Made by a program: the position numbers and the translations under genes
Virus record (IMG/VR): IMGVR_UViG_3300005201_000711
Coordinates: 1,436 to 65,435 of that record
Length of the DNA stretch: 64,000 nt
Strand: one strand, 5' to 3'
From: a virus
Taxonomy: Duplodnaviria; Caudoviricetes
Shown: positions 8,764 to 18,416 of the stretch, one piece after another
Layout: each line of letters opens with the position of its first letter
How positions within the stretch are numbered: position 1 is the first letter of the stretch
The notes under the pieces: generated by a model
What the model was told of the DNA's origin: nothing
Database searches by the model: none
The model's input: the letters and a program-made list of their open reading frames with translations, nothing else

Positions 8764-9605
8764 TATCTTAAAACCTCCGCTTCAATATCAATGCAAAAAT
8801 CAGAGAGCCAATTATCCCCCTGAAATTTTGCCTTTAGTATTTTCATTTCCGTTGTAATAGCAGATGATTCAACCTTACAGGCCGCACCTGGTATAAGTTG
8901 GGGAAATAGCATGGTTCTGAACTCCCATTTATTCGGAGCGTCTTTTTTTGTGTCGGTCTCCTCTGTCTTATCCGATACCGGCTGCGGTATAGTAAGAAGT
9001 CCTGTTTCTGGTGTTAAGCGAAGACCTGTTGATTCTGCGGCCTCTCCTTCCTTGAGGATATATATCATCTCATTTTGGATTGTGTAACGGAGTTCGTATT
9101 TATTAAGGACTTTCCGCAAAATATCTGCGGCCTGTCCTATATCAGAAAATGCGCCTGGATACTTTGCATCCGAGGGAATAAGTTCTGTTCCTTTCGATGG
9201 AAGTCCTATCGCGTCAATTAACCCCTGGACAATGGTTAGTGCGTCCGTACCGCTTGCATACGATACTGAAACCTGTCCTGCCATAACAGCAACACGCCCA
9301 TCCTTGACTTCAATTTCAGTTATATAATCGGTTTCTGATTTTTTCCTAAATCCTTTTACAACATCACCGAAAAGAATAGCGGTAATTGTCTCATCCGCAT
9401 AACCTGCTTTTAATGTGCAGTGATTTCCGGCAACACTTATTTTATCGTGTGTTTCTTTACTTAAGTTATAGATTTCTACTTTTGCAGTATTTGATTCCGG
9501 CTTGTCCGTCTTCTCAATAGTGAAAGCAATTTTAAGGCCATTTATTTTAACACCTTCACCACCTTTGGGGCCGATAATAACTTCAACCTGTCTTATAAAA
9601 GCCAT
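8763..9605 (-). CDS. Baseplate hub protein
   Basis: I.F.IEK...N.A.V.IYNL and L.AGY......LF.G motifs; likely start at 9605. Confidence 0.7.
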   Translation of the reverse strand: MAFIRQVEVIIGPKGGEGVKINGLKIAFTIEKTDKPESNTAKVEIYNLSKETHDKISVAGNHCTLKAGYADETITAILFGDVVKGFRKKSETDYITEIEVKDGRVAVMAGQVSVSYASGTDALTIVQGLIDAIGLPSKGTELIPSDAKYPGAFSDIGQAADILRKVLNKYELRYTIQNEMIYILKEGEAAESTGLRLTPETGLLTIPQPVSDKTEETDTKKDAPNKWEFRTMLFPQLIPGAACKVESSAITTEMKILKAKFQGDNWLSDFCIDIEAEVLR

Positions 9606-9610
9606 ATCTC

Positions 9611-9958
9611 TTAGTCCTCCCATGTCCCATAGCAAAGTTTGAATCGGGTGTTGAAATTATCCCGCGTAAGTTCCGCTGTTTCATAATTGCCTGTTGTATC
9701 AAGCAGCCATATTTCCCCAGGGGGAAGGTTAGGGCATGAAGCGCGGTATTTGTTTAGAAGATAGGAACCGACCGATAGCCGGATGCCGCCAAGGATAAGA
9801 TTATCTCTTGTATCTGATATGCAGAGGATCCAGCCCTCAAGGGTAGTGTTCCAGCTAACGTTCAATTTATATCTAACGCCGGAAAGGTCTACTTGAACGT
9901 TCCAGCGCGAACTTGTGGTACTAAATTCTGGCAAAACAATAAAATTAAAATCTATCAT
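9611..9958 (-). CDS. Small baseplate protein
   Basis: Y.L...WN....W.L.I.D motif; start 9958 overlaps the upstream stop. Confidence 0.6.
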   Translation of the reverse strand: MIDFNFIVLPEFSTTSSRWNVQVDLSGVRYKLNVSWNTTLEGWILCISDTRDNLILGGIRLSVGSYLLNKYRASCPNLPPGEIWLLDTTGNYETAELTRDNFNTRFKLCYGTWED

Positions 9959-10623
9959 TGTGGGTATGGAACTCCAAACTTCCTTTGATAATCTGCTGCT
10001 GTTGCAGGGCCGCCAGCGCGGACTTGTCTGCGCCATTCCTCTTTAGCAATACTGTCATTCGGCTTCTCTGAACCGGAAGTCCCAGCGTTAGTAGTTCCTG
10101 CGGTCTGGTCTCCACCTGCGCCGCCGCCAGATCCACCAGCACCACCTCTACCGGAAGCGTTGATCTCCGTGGTGTCTGATTTGACTATTTTTATTTTTCT
10201 AAACTCCATTGAAAATGGAAGGTTCGCGCCTGTTTCCGCTTCACGGTCAATAACGAATGAAGTAATAACCATATCAGTAAAAGTTTCTAATCCCAAAACA
10301 ACATCAAGAGTTTGCTTTGACTTTGTTAGCTTTTTCAATTCCTGATACGCTTGCCGGACACGCGCCATTCTATCTGGGGCCTGTAGGTTTGATACGCTTA
10401 GCCCTCCTAAAGAAACAACTTCAAATGCAGCATTTCCAATAAATGCTTCAATGCTGATACCGTCCTGATCCTCGATAATGTTATCAGCGATGTTACTCCC
10501 TTCCTCTACTGGAATATCTGTAACCGAGTTTGAGAATTGGTAATGCTCTGATAGAAAAACATCAACGACAAAAGTCCCTATCATCTTTTGCGGTATTTGA
10601 TACTGGAAGGCAATATCGCTCAT
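9955..10623 (-). CDS. Tail-tube initiator / Dit-like baseplate protein
   Basis: E.Y......TD.PVEEG..I.D motif; directly after tape measure. Confidence 0.7.
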   Translation of the reverse strand: MSDIAFQYQIPQKMIGTFVVDVFLSEHYQFSNSVTDIPVEEGSNIADNIIEDQDGISIEAFIGNAAFEVVSLGGLSVSNLQAPDRMARVRQAYQELKKLTKSKQTLDVVLGLETFTDMVITSFVIDREAETGANLPFSMEFRKIKIVKSDTTEINASGRGGAGGSGGGAGGDQTAGTTNAGTSGSEKPNDSIAKEEWRRQVRAGGPATAADYQRKFGVPYPQ

Positions 10624-10624
10624 A

Positions 10625-13600
10625 TTAGTGCCTCCTCATTTCTGGACTAGGGATATTTGCTCTACTGCTGTTAATAGATCCGGCAAGTCTCGCGTTAAAT
10701 TGAGCGTCTATCTGTCGAGCAATTGCCTCACTCTGCGCCTGTGGAGTTCCCGAAGGAACATTTACATTTATTGAGGTCTGCGCATTTACTGTTGAACTTC
10801 CACCTGTTGAGTTATAAGCATAATTTGATGTCGGCCCAACCGCGCCAGCCATAGCAGCGCGTGAAGATCCTGCACTGGCATAAGCAGGTTGCATCTGGCC
10901 GCCGCCTCCACTGTCCCCGCCGCCTGTAAAGAAGTTTTTAATTCCAGTTCCGATACCGCCAAAAAATCCCTTGACGGCCTCCCAGCCCTCTTTGAGTGTG
11001 TTAATGAAACCAAAAAACTTCTCTTTTATGTTTTCAAATAACCCAAAGAAAGCGTTCTTTATAAATTCAAATGTCGCGGCTGGGCCTTCTTTTAATGCTT
11101 CCCATAGCCCCGCAAAAAACTCTTTAACTTTATTTATCGCATTGAAAAAATTATCTTTCATTCTGGTCAATGCACCGCCGCTAAAATTGTCCAGGAAATT
11201 AAATGCTTTTTGACCTGCTCCTTTAATATCTTCCCAGCGGTTTCTCATAAAGCTGGCGGTAGCGGAGGCTCCTTTTTTAATTCCCTCCCATGCTGTACCA
11301 GCTCCTTTTTTGATCCCTTCCCATGCTGCACCAGCTCCTTTTTTCATGCCTTCCCATACCTTACCAGCTACGGCTTTAATACCATCGAGAGCAGCAAAAA
11401 ACTTCTCTTTTATATTATTGAGCAACCCAAAGAAAGCGTTCTTAAGAAACTCTATCGTAGCGGCTGGGCCTTCTTTGATTGCATTCCATAGCCCGGAAAA
11501 AAATTCTTTTACACCATTTACGAGGTTCAAGAAGTTATCTCTAATTCTGGATAATGCACCGCCTGTGAAATTATCTAATACATTGAACGCTTTATTACCT
11601 ACATCTTTAATGTTGTTCCAACGGTTCTTGAAGAAATCAGCGGTAGCACCCGCGCCCTTTTTCATACCGTCCCAGGCAGCGCCAGCCGCGCCTTTTATAC
11701 CGTCCCAGGCTTTACCTGCAACGTTCTTAATACCGTCCCAGGCTTTGCCTGATACCTGTTTTACTCCTTCCCATAAACCAGAGAAAAATCCGGTAACACT
11801 TTCCCATACCGCCTTAACCTTTTCAACGATAGCTTTTACGGCATCGACAATTCCACTCCATATCGCTTTTGCCGCGTCCGCTACAAAGGTGAATACTTTT
11901 GTTAAAGCAGCCTTTATCTTATCCCAATGCTTTATGATGAGACGAACAACTGCCATTACTACACCAGCAGGGAAAAATAGAATCGCTAACAATACATTTG
12001 CTATATTAAGTGCGTTTTTCTTTACAAACTCAACCACCTTTACAAAAAATGATTTTATTCCATCCCATATTTTCTTGAAAAAATTACCGATAGCTTCAAA
12101 TGCCTTTTTTAATGCTGCTACAACTGTGTCCCAGTTCTTTACCAGTAGAATAATACCGGCTATAAGAGCCGCAATACCTAAAATTATCAGCGCGATTGGA
12201 TTTGCGTTCATAATCGCATTGAATATCATTTGTATTCCTGACCATACTTTTGTAGCAAGTCCAGCTATTTTTGTGGCTGCTGCATGAGCAAAGGTTGTTA
12301 TTTTGCTTTTTAGCATTTGCGCGTCCAGCATTAGCATTGCCAGCCGGTTCCCATCTGCGGCAGCCTTCATTACAGACATGGAGCCAGTTAGTAAACCGTA
12401 AGCATCCTGTACTGCCTTTATTGTCCCTACTACTCCTTTACCAATATTCATGGCGGTTTTAACGCCTGTTATGGCTGCGGCTGCTATGAGTGCAGGACGA
12501 AGTAACCCTGAAATAGCTTCTCCGAGTTTACCAAAAAATCCAGCACTATCAGAAACTACAGGTACAAGAGGACGGATAAAATCAGCAATAGCCGTGAACA
12601 CATCTTTTGCAATTGCTCCGAGTTCTTTTATTATTGGGGAAATGAAGGCTTGAATCGGCCTGAACGCTGCGACAACCAGCCTTCCTACTTCTACTGCTAA
12701 AATCATTATCCCTGTAAGCACATCACCAGCGGCTTCTTTCAAGTCCAAAAAGAAATTTTTAACAGGATCAAGAGCGTCCCCCATATCCTCAAGCCGGTAG
12801 CCGAGGACTTCCCACATAATAATTACTTGGAAAATCCAATGTATTACTTCTTTCAGGAACTTTACAAACTTTCCAACAAATGTATCTTGCCCTGCTCTGG
12901 CGATTTCAAGAATGTATTTTAGTATTTCTTTTAATTCTTCATTTATTCCTGTTCCAACGGCCTCTGCTGTTGCCGCTTTGAAACTCTGGAACTGTTTAAT
13001 AACGCCGCCAAGAGTATTCATTTGTTTGGCAAGCATATTATTATACGGCCCACCGGCTGCGGTTACTCGCTTTAATGCTTCTTCAACTTGTGCGTAAGTA
13101 ACACCCGCTTTTTTTTGGGCTTCGGATAATCCAAGTACGCCTGAAACATCAAAGCCTTGTGCCATGAATTGTTTCAAATCCATTGCATCGGCTTTTCCTT
13201 TTGAATAAACCTGCGCCATGTTAGCAGATAATAAATTAAAGGCTTCGCTATTGCCTTGAGCAACATCACCCAATAATGTCATTTGCTCGGATGCCTTTTC
13301 AGCGTCCATACCCATTGTAACGAATGAGCGCAACCCACCAATAGCAGCAGCAGTTCCATAGAAGTCAGATACCGGAGAATAATCAAGGTCATGTATTATT
13401 TGATTTGCTTTCTCTTGATCGCCAATTAAACTACCGATAATGGTACGGTAACGCTCTGTCTCTGCTGTCGCTCCTATAACGGAATCCTTAACAAATCCAA
13501 AAGCCGCGCCGAGTGCTTTCTGCGCAACACCCATTATGATATTTGCTTTCAGGAGGCTGGCGGTTAGAGATTGCTGTTTCTGTTTTGTTTCATCAATGCC

Positions 13601-13672
13601 CTTGTTATATTGTTCTCGGCCACTATCATCGACCTTAAACCCCAGCAAGGTTATCAATTCACGTAAGATAAT
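10625..13672 (-). CDS. Tail tape measure protein (probable non-canonical ATT start at 13672)
   Basis: About 1015 aa, Ala/Gly-rich, Trp-spaced 11-aa repeats; SD GGGAGGG 7 nt before in-frame ATT giving (M)ILRELITLLGFKVD. Confidence 0.9.
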   Translation of the reverse strand: MILRELITLLGFKVDDSGREQYNKGIDETKQKQQSLTASLLKANIIMGVAQKALGAAFGFVKDSVIGATAETERYRTIIGSLIGDQEKANQIIHDLDYSPVSDFYGTAAAIGGLRSFVTMGMDAEKASEQMTLLGDVAQGNSEAFNLLSANMAQVYSKGKADAMDLKQFMAQGFDVSGVLGLSEAQKKAGVTYAQVEEALKRVTAAGGPYNNMLAKQMNTLGGVIKQFQSFKAATAEAVGTGINEELKEILKYILEIARAGQDTFVGKFVKFLKEVIHWIFQVIIMWEVLGYRLEDMGDALDPVKNFFLDLKEAAGDVLTGIMILAVEVGRLVVAAFRPIQAFISPIIKELGAIAKDVFTAIADFIRPLVPVVSDSAGFFGKLGEAISGLLRPALIAAAAITGVKTAMNIGKGVVGTIKAVQDAYGLLTGSMSVMKAAADGNRLAMLMLDAQMLKSKITTFAHAAATKIAGLATKVWSGIQMIFNAIMNANPIALIILGIAALIAGIILLVKNWDTVVAALKKAFEAIGNFFKKIWDGIKSFFVKVVEFVKKNALNIANVLLAILFFPAGVVMAVVRLIIKHWDKIKAALTKVFTFVADAAKAIWSGIVDAVKAIVEKVKAVWESVTGFFSGLWEGVKQVSGKAWDGIKNVAGKAWDGIKGAAGAAWDGMKKGAGATADFFKNRWNNIKDVGNKAFNVLDNFTGGALSRIRDNFLNLVNGVKEFFSGLWNAIKEGPAATIEFLKNAFFGLLNNIKEKFFAALDGIKAVAGKVWEGMKKGAGAAWEGIKKGAGTAWEGIKKGASATASFMRNRWEDIKGAGQKAFNFLDNFSGGALTRMKDNFFNAINKVKEFFAGLWEALKEGPAATFEFIKNAFFGLFENIKEKFFGFINTLKEGWEAVKGFFGGIGTGIKNFFTGGGDSGGGGQMQPAYASAGSSRAAMAGAVGPTSNYAYNSTGGSSTVNAQTSINVNVPSGTPQAQSEAIARQIDAQFNARLAGSINSSRANIPSPEMRRH

Positions 13673-13703
13673 GCTGGAACCCTCCCATTACCGCCATGTA
13701 CCC

Positions 13704-14033
13704 TTACTTGGATTTTGCTTCAGCTTCTCGCCGTACATTATCCAGTTCCGATTTGTCAAAAGCCTCTCTCGCTGTTTCAACTGCGGAGTACATATCCAAT
13801 ACGGCGTTTGCTTTCATTACGTCTTCATAAGTCCAGCGCTCTTGTATCTCGCGTAACGGTATGCTTTTCTCGTACCAGATACGCCATATTGGAAACTCGT
13901 CTTCTAACTCTTGACTTAATCTTCCGATGTCTCCGATGTCCCGGATTCTGTCTGCTGTATCTTTTCTTCCGCGCTTGAGGTGAGGGTTCTCTGTATTCTC
14001 GTTCCAATACCCTTCACCACCTTGTCGAAAAAA
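13704..14033 (-). CDS. Tail assembly chaperone gpGT-type extension reached by -1 frameshift
   Basis: Slippery T-TTT-TTC at 14027-14033; -1 frame open to TAA at 13704 (..EDEFPIWRIWYEKSIPLREIQERWTYEDVMKANAVLDM..). Confidence 0.7.
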   Translation of the reverse strand, partial: FFRQGGEGYWNENTENPHLKRGRKDTADRIRDIGDIGRLSQELEDEFPIWRIWYEKSIPLREIQERWTYEDVMKANAVLDMYSAVETAREAFDKSELDNVRREAEAKSK

Positions 14034-14452
14034 TCGGGGTAGTTCACCTTGAGAACAAAGACAATCAGCTCATAAATTGAGAACAGCTTCCCCAAAAAAA
14101 CAAGCTGCATAGCAGTTTCAAAGTCGGTTCCAAAAGCTATACTCCGCTTTTTTCCATCTTCATGCCAGGACGCGATTACATTTTGCAGTAGCCGCTCAAT
14201 CAATTTCACAAAGTTATCCTCGTCTAACTGCCCTAGCAGTTTTTCAAGGCCGTTTGAAATCGAGTTACCGGCAGGGTTGAGGTCAATTACGCTTTTTATG
14301 TTTTTTCCGTCAATGCCTCCGAGAAGTTCACCAAGTGCCGGGCCGAAGATCCGTACAAGGTGTGCCTTGAGGCGCAGTCCTTCTACAGCCGGAAAAGGAG
14401 CAACCTGAAAAGTTACTCCTTCAATTTCAATAGACTTTTGTTTGTTTTCCAT
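13916..14452 (-). CDS. Tail assembly chaperone (gpG-type)
   Basis: Between tail tube and tape measure; start MENKQKSIEIEGVTFQV at 14452. Confidence 0.75.
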   Translation of the reverse strand: MENKQKSIEIEGVTFQVAPFPAVEGLRLKAHLVRIFGPALGELLGGIDGKNIKSVIDLNPAGNSISNGLEKLLGQLDEDNFVKLIERLLQNVIASWHEDGKKRSIAFGTDFETAMQLVFLGKLFSIYELIVFVLKVNYPDFFDKVVKGIGTRIQRTLTSSAEEKIQQTESGTSETSED

Positions 14453-14506
14453 AGTTTTCCCTCGTAATAAGAAAATTAAATGCCTCCGGCAAGGCATTAT
14501 GTTTTA

Positions 14507-14926
14507 CTAAGCAGCTTCCTGCCCGGTGTGAATCGTCCACTGCTTATCAGTGGTTTCTTTTGCTCGGCCATCATCCGGAGTTTTAACAACCCAGGCTTGC
14601 GGCCAAAACCGTGTGCTGCCATCGTTCAGATCCGTGAACGAAAGCGGAAGCATACCAAGACCTGTAAGCGCATCAGCCTTCTCAACCGTGTGCAAATAGG
14701 TGTTGGAAAGGCTGGTCTGCATAAGGGTAAGATCTACCGAACTCGTATTGTCATTTGACAGCGAGCGATTTACTTCTCCGTCTGCTCCTACCTTCCTTGT
14801 CCACCTTTCACTATTGGGTGTGATGTTTACAAATGTTCCATCCGCGTAACCGCCAATAGGAACGCCGCCGAGCGTGATAATGACCTTCTTCGGGTCATAC
14901 GTCATAACAACTGGATTTGCGGGCAT
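14507..14926 (-). CDS. Tail tube protein (DUF3277-like)
   Basis: MTYDPKKV...G..I.G.ADG..V, GADG, L.QTS.SN motifs. Confidence 0.85.
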   Translation of the reverse strand: MPANPVVMTYDPKKVIITLGGVPIGGYADGTFVNITPNSERWTRKVGADGEVNRSLSNDNTSSVDLTLMQTSLSNTYLHTVEKADALTGLGMLPLSFTDLNDGSTRFWPQAWVVKTPDDGRAKETTDKQWTIHTGQEAA

Positions 14927-14944
14927 TTATTTATCCTCCTTTCC

Positions 14945-16324
14945 TTACAGCGTTACCACGCCGTTGATTTTTGTGCTGTGGATTGCACCTGCCAGAACGC
15001 CATTAAACTTAACATCAGGAAGAAAACGCTTTCCCTTGTCAGTAACGGAAACCTCGGCGACCACAGGGAATTCAATGTCATAGGACGCTAGGATGCCGTT
15101 CTTAACCGCCTCCTCAAGCGCAGACTTAAGCGGAGAAACAACCATTTGAACTCCTGCATCGGTGAACGGAACCTTCGGCACATTGATAAGCGCGGTAAAG
15201 ACAAGGTTCTGAATTCTTGCTTCAAGCCAGTCAATGCCGTGGATTACATCAATGTACTCACCAGCGGCAACTTGACCATTGGAAGTCATTGGAACACCCG
15301 CAGTTTCCATGTACCAGGTTGCGTTCTTGCTCTCAACATTAGAGACCTGCCCCTGGGAAAGGTCATAAGTTGGAACTGCTTCAAGAGGTTTGAACTTCCA
15401 TGTCGCGGAGCCAGGTGTCATTGAAAGCATCTTCCCAAAGTAGGCTGCTTCCGGACAGGGATCTGTAGCGGAGAGAACGTCTACTGCGGGATCAGCAAGT
15501 TTTGCGTCTGGGTGATAGAAAACAAAAACACGCTCAATGTTATTGAGCTTTGCCCATGCCGCTATGTCTCCGGTTTCCGAATTAGGAATAAGGTCATCAC
15601 CGGAGCAGAGGCCGCCGAGCTTCTTGTTTGATTGTATCCACTGCGCACAATCCTGTTGGTTCACCATCTTGCGAGTAGAAAAGCTGACAGCGTACCAGTC
15701 ATTGTTCTGCTCCTTCATTTTGGTAAGCGCAACCGTCCAATCCGCATCGGCAGGGATTGCCTTTACCGTGAACGTCATCGTTACCGCAGGGTCTCCGTTA
15801 ACCGTTACGATAATGGTGGCGGCAGCACCGTATAGCGTTATTGTGGTGGAGTTGATTTTTTCAGCTGTGAAGATGCTTGCAAAATCTTCCTTTAGCAACT
15901 CAACCATGCGCTCAAGACACTTATCGCTTGTACCTTCAGTGTCAAAGGATATCTCCTCCATCGGAGTACCGTTTACGCTCCACGCGATACTCTGTCCGGC
16001 AGTAAGCGCAGAACTTAAAATGCCGGTAGTGATGTTGACGCCTCCCGGTATTTTCCACCCAACATAAATATCCCCAATGTGATTTGCTTGGGAATACTGT
16101 TTCGCAGCAGCCCGATACACAAATCCATTTGTGGGAAAACCAGCAGCCGCAATTTCGTCCAAGCTGCCGAATTTTCTTACCCGATGTTCGAGATCAAAAA
16201 CCGGCTTTATTCCTACAGGACTAAACTCGGCAGCTACCAAGTGTTCGCTGAAAGACTTCATGCTTGGTACTCGCGTTTGCCTTTCAATAGTTACCTGAAC
16301 TATTTTGTCTAACTGGTCAGCCAT
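14945..16324 (-). CDS. Tail sheath protein (DUF3383-like)
   Basis: PGS.TWKFK.L.V, GEYID.I.G.DWL, KVPFTD.G, L.GAIH motifs. Confidence 0.9.
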   Translation of the reverse strand: MADQLDKIVQVTIERQTRVPSMKSFSEHLVAAEFSPVGIKPVFDLEHRVRKFGSLDEIAAAGFPTNGFVYRAAAKQYSQANHIGDIYVGWKIPGGVNITTGILSSALTAGQSIAWSVNGTPMEEISFDTEGTSDKCLERMVELLKEDFASIFTAEKINSTTITLYGAAATIIVTVNGDPAVTMTFTVKAIPADADWTVALTKMKEQNNDWYAVSFSTRKMVNQQDCAQWIQSNKKLGGLCSGDDLIPNSETGDIAAWAKLNNIERVFVFYHPDAKLADPAVDVLSATDPCPEAAYFGKMLSMTPGSATWKFKPLEAVPTYDLSQGQVSNVESKNATWYMETAGVPMTSNGQVAAGEYIDVIHGIDWLEARIQNLVFTALINVPKVPFTDAGVQMVVSPLKSALEEAVKNGILASYDIEFPVVAEVSVTDKGKRFLPDVKFNGVLAGAIHSTKINGVVTL

Positions 16325-16345
16325 AGTTACCTCCAAAAAATATCT

Positions 16346-16861
16346 CTACCCGATACCAAAATCAGGTTTGAGTCCAAAGCCATCAATATACCCTGGGCTG
16401 TTTTCAAGAACCCGAAGGTACGTCAAATCAAAATCGAAACTTGCTCCGTTTTCACGCACGGTCTCAAAGCTCTGCGGAGTTTCAAGCGTCTCAAACACTT
16501 GCGGAATAACAAGATTCCGGCTCCGCAGTTTGTCAATCCAATCACTAATGTTCAGTTGGCTTTTTATAGTTTCCAAAACATCAATGGCGCGTTCCCCAAA
16601 GCCATACATAGTCATGTTTCGCCGCGTATACTGTGTTACGCGCTGAACCTCCGTTCCTCCTTCTTCTATTTGCACATCTCCAAAATCCGGCATACCCGGA
16701 TTTGAAGTTGAACGAAATTCAAGCATAAGGAAAGGAGCATCTGGCCTTGGCCCGTTATCGTTACCCCAGATAATCGGAATGCCGGTAATACCTTCTTCCT
16801 GTAAAAGTTCCTCAAAGAAATCGTACAGGTTATCTTTTATGTACTGCCGTTCCGTTATCAT
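16346..16861 (-). CDS. Neck/tail-terminator protein
   Basis: Position; I.W..N.PRP..PF motif. Confidence 0.6.
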   Translation of the reverse strand: MITERQYIKDNLYDFFEELLQEEGITGIPIIWGNDNGPRPDAPFLMLEFRSTSNPGMPDFGDVQIEEGGTEVQRVTQYTRRNMTMYGFGERAIDVLETIKSQLNISDWIDKLRSRNLVIPQVFETLETPQSFETVRENGASFDFDLTYLRVLENSPGYIDGFGLKPDFGIG

Positions 16862-17214
16862 GTTTCACCAGGCTTCGGTCTTGTACAAAGTAATTCCCAA
16901 TGTGGAATAAGGCCGTTGTTCCACTTCGCGGCTGTCGTTACCTCGTACTCTTTACCCTCCCAAACAATTACATCTGCCTCCTCATCTCCGTGGTCATCAG
17001 CAGAAGTAAAATCCATATCCAATCCCGCGAAGCATTTATATACCTCGCGGCTTCGCTTCCCAGCCGGTAACAGTTCCAGTATTTTTCCGCCTGCTGGCTG
17101 CCATGAACCATCAAAAACGGTATCGCTGGGTGTTCCGGGAACCCACTGCCCTTTAACTCGGCTCCCCCCGGCTTTTCTGCGCCGGATAAGGGGAACGCTC
17201 TTGAACAAGCTCAT
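16858..17214 (-). CDS. Head-tail joining/closure protein
   Basis: G..V.G.W..G; L.LP.G.R; D.I.W.G.EYEV motifs. Confidence 0.6.
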   Translation of the reverse strand: MSLFKSVPLIRRRKAGGSRVKGQWVPGTPSDTVFDGSWQPAGGKILELLPAGKRSREVYKCFAGLDMDFTSADDHGDEEADVIVWEGKEYEVTTAAKWNNGLIPHWELLCTRPKPGET

Positions 17215-17732
17215 TACTCACTCACTGCGCTGGCAGGTGCATTTATTACCTGGTAGCGGATTGAGTTCCGTAAGGTTCCGTTATCTATCAACGGCTTGCT
17301 GCTTCCTTTCTTTGCAATAGTGCTATCCGCGTTAGGAGTAAAATCTCCGTTTCGGATATACGATTTAACGCCACTCTGGGCATATTCACCGAGCCTCCGA
17401 ATTGCAACTTCTGCAAACATTTTACCTTCGGAAACTTGCTTGCTAATTCGCTCTATCGTATTAGCAATCTGCTCTCGCTTTCCGTCAGCCCAACCGCGTA
17501 CAAAAGAGCGTGGTGGAATAAACCATTTTCCACTTCCGTTCTGGCTAACAGGAGGCCCCAATACACCAAGTTCATTCCATGACGCGATCTGCGCCAGTGT
17601 CGCACCGCCTTCAACGGTCTGGGATCCAACATCCTCGGTTATACCAACCTTTATGCACATGGATTTTAACTTTTTCATTTCCTTGAGGATATTTTCTAAA
17701 CCCATGTCGGTATCGGTATGGCCGTTTTCCAT
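17214..17732 (-). CDS. Neck/tail-completion protein
   Basis: IPPRSF.R and TIAKKGSSKPLID.G.LR.SI motifs. Confidence 0.7.
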   Translation of the reverse strand: MENGHTDTDMGLENILKEMKKLKSMCIKVGITEDVGSQTVEGGATLAQIASWNELGVLGPPVSQNGSGKWFIPPRSFVRGWADGKREQIANTIERISKQVSEGKMFAEVAIRRLGEYAQSGVKSYIRNGDFTPNADSTIAKKGSSKPLIDNGTLRNSIRYQVINAPASAVSE

Positions 17733-18017
17733 TTATCCCTCGTTGTTTAGATTTGCTTCAAAGTCAGGGATTGTTTCTGCGGTTTTCTGTTCGGTTTCGG
17801 TTTCTTCAGTTGTCGTGGATACAGGTGCAGCCGAGGCAGCTTCCGATTCCTCAATAACCAGCAATCCTTTTTCAAGGAGAGACGCGCCATAGGCATCTTT
17901 TTTCAATGCCTTCAATTCCCGAAAAGATAAAGTGCCGCCTTTTGGTTCAAGAGTTATACCCGCAACTTTCTGGAGTTGCATTTTTTTTGTGGTATACTTA
18001 TAAGTTTGTTCTCCCAT
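17733..18017 (-). CDS. Hypothetical virion-operon protein
   Basis: ORF between head and neck genes. Confidence 0.5.
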   Translation of the reverse strand: MGEQTYKYTTKKMQLQKVAGITLEPKGGTLSFRELKALKKDAYGASLLEKGLLVIEESEAASAAPVSTTTEETETEQKTAETIPDFEANLNNEG

Positions 18018-18027
18018 TTCTGGTCTC

Positions 18028-18414
18028 CTATAAAGGCCGGGTTCCGTGAAGTCCGGCAGTATTCACGCCCATAGTTGGCCGCGATTTTATTAGCCCAAGC
18101 AACAGCTTTCCGTACTTAGTAGTATCCAATGCGCTGCCGTCATTTGATTGGCTTTGAGCGAAGGCAACTGATAAGCCGCCTTCGCTCATGCTTGTAATCT
18201 GTCCCATACCAAGAGCAAAATTACCACCGCCACCGCTGCCAGTAATCGTGAAAAGGTGGCAAGCCCTATACGCGATTGCATAAGGAGCCAGCAAATTTCC
18301 AAAAAAACTTCTGTCCGTAAGTTCTGCAGCCATCTGAATAAAATCATCAAGCGCAGGATTATTAAACAGTTCCGGGCATAGGTTTTTGATTATCTGGCGC
18401 GGTTCAGTGGCCAT
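18028..18414 (-). CDS. Head-tail adaptor (DUF4054-like)
   Basis: HL..., G.ITS.SEG.LSV.F, L..T.YG motifs. Confidence 0.7.
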   Translation of the reverse strand: MATEPRQIIKNLCPELFNNPALDDFIQMAAELTDRSFFGNLLAPYAIAYRACHLFTITGSGGGGNFALGMGQITSMSEGGLSVAFAQSQSNDGSALDTTKYGKLLLGLIKSRPTMGVNTAGLHGTRPL

Positions 18415-18416
18415 GA

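Noticed and set aside
11310-12287. 325-aa plus-strand ORF
   Set aside because: Antisense shadow of the repetitive tape measure gene; no SD or motifs.
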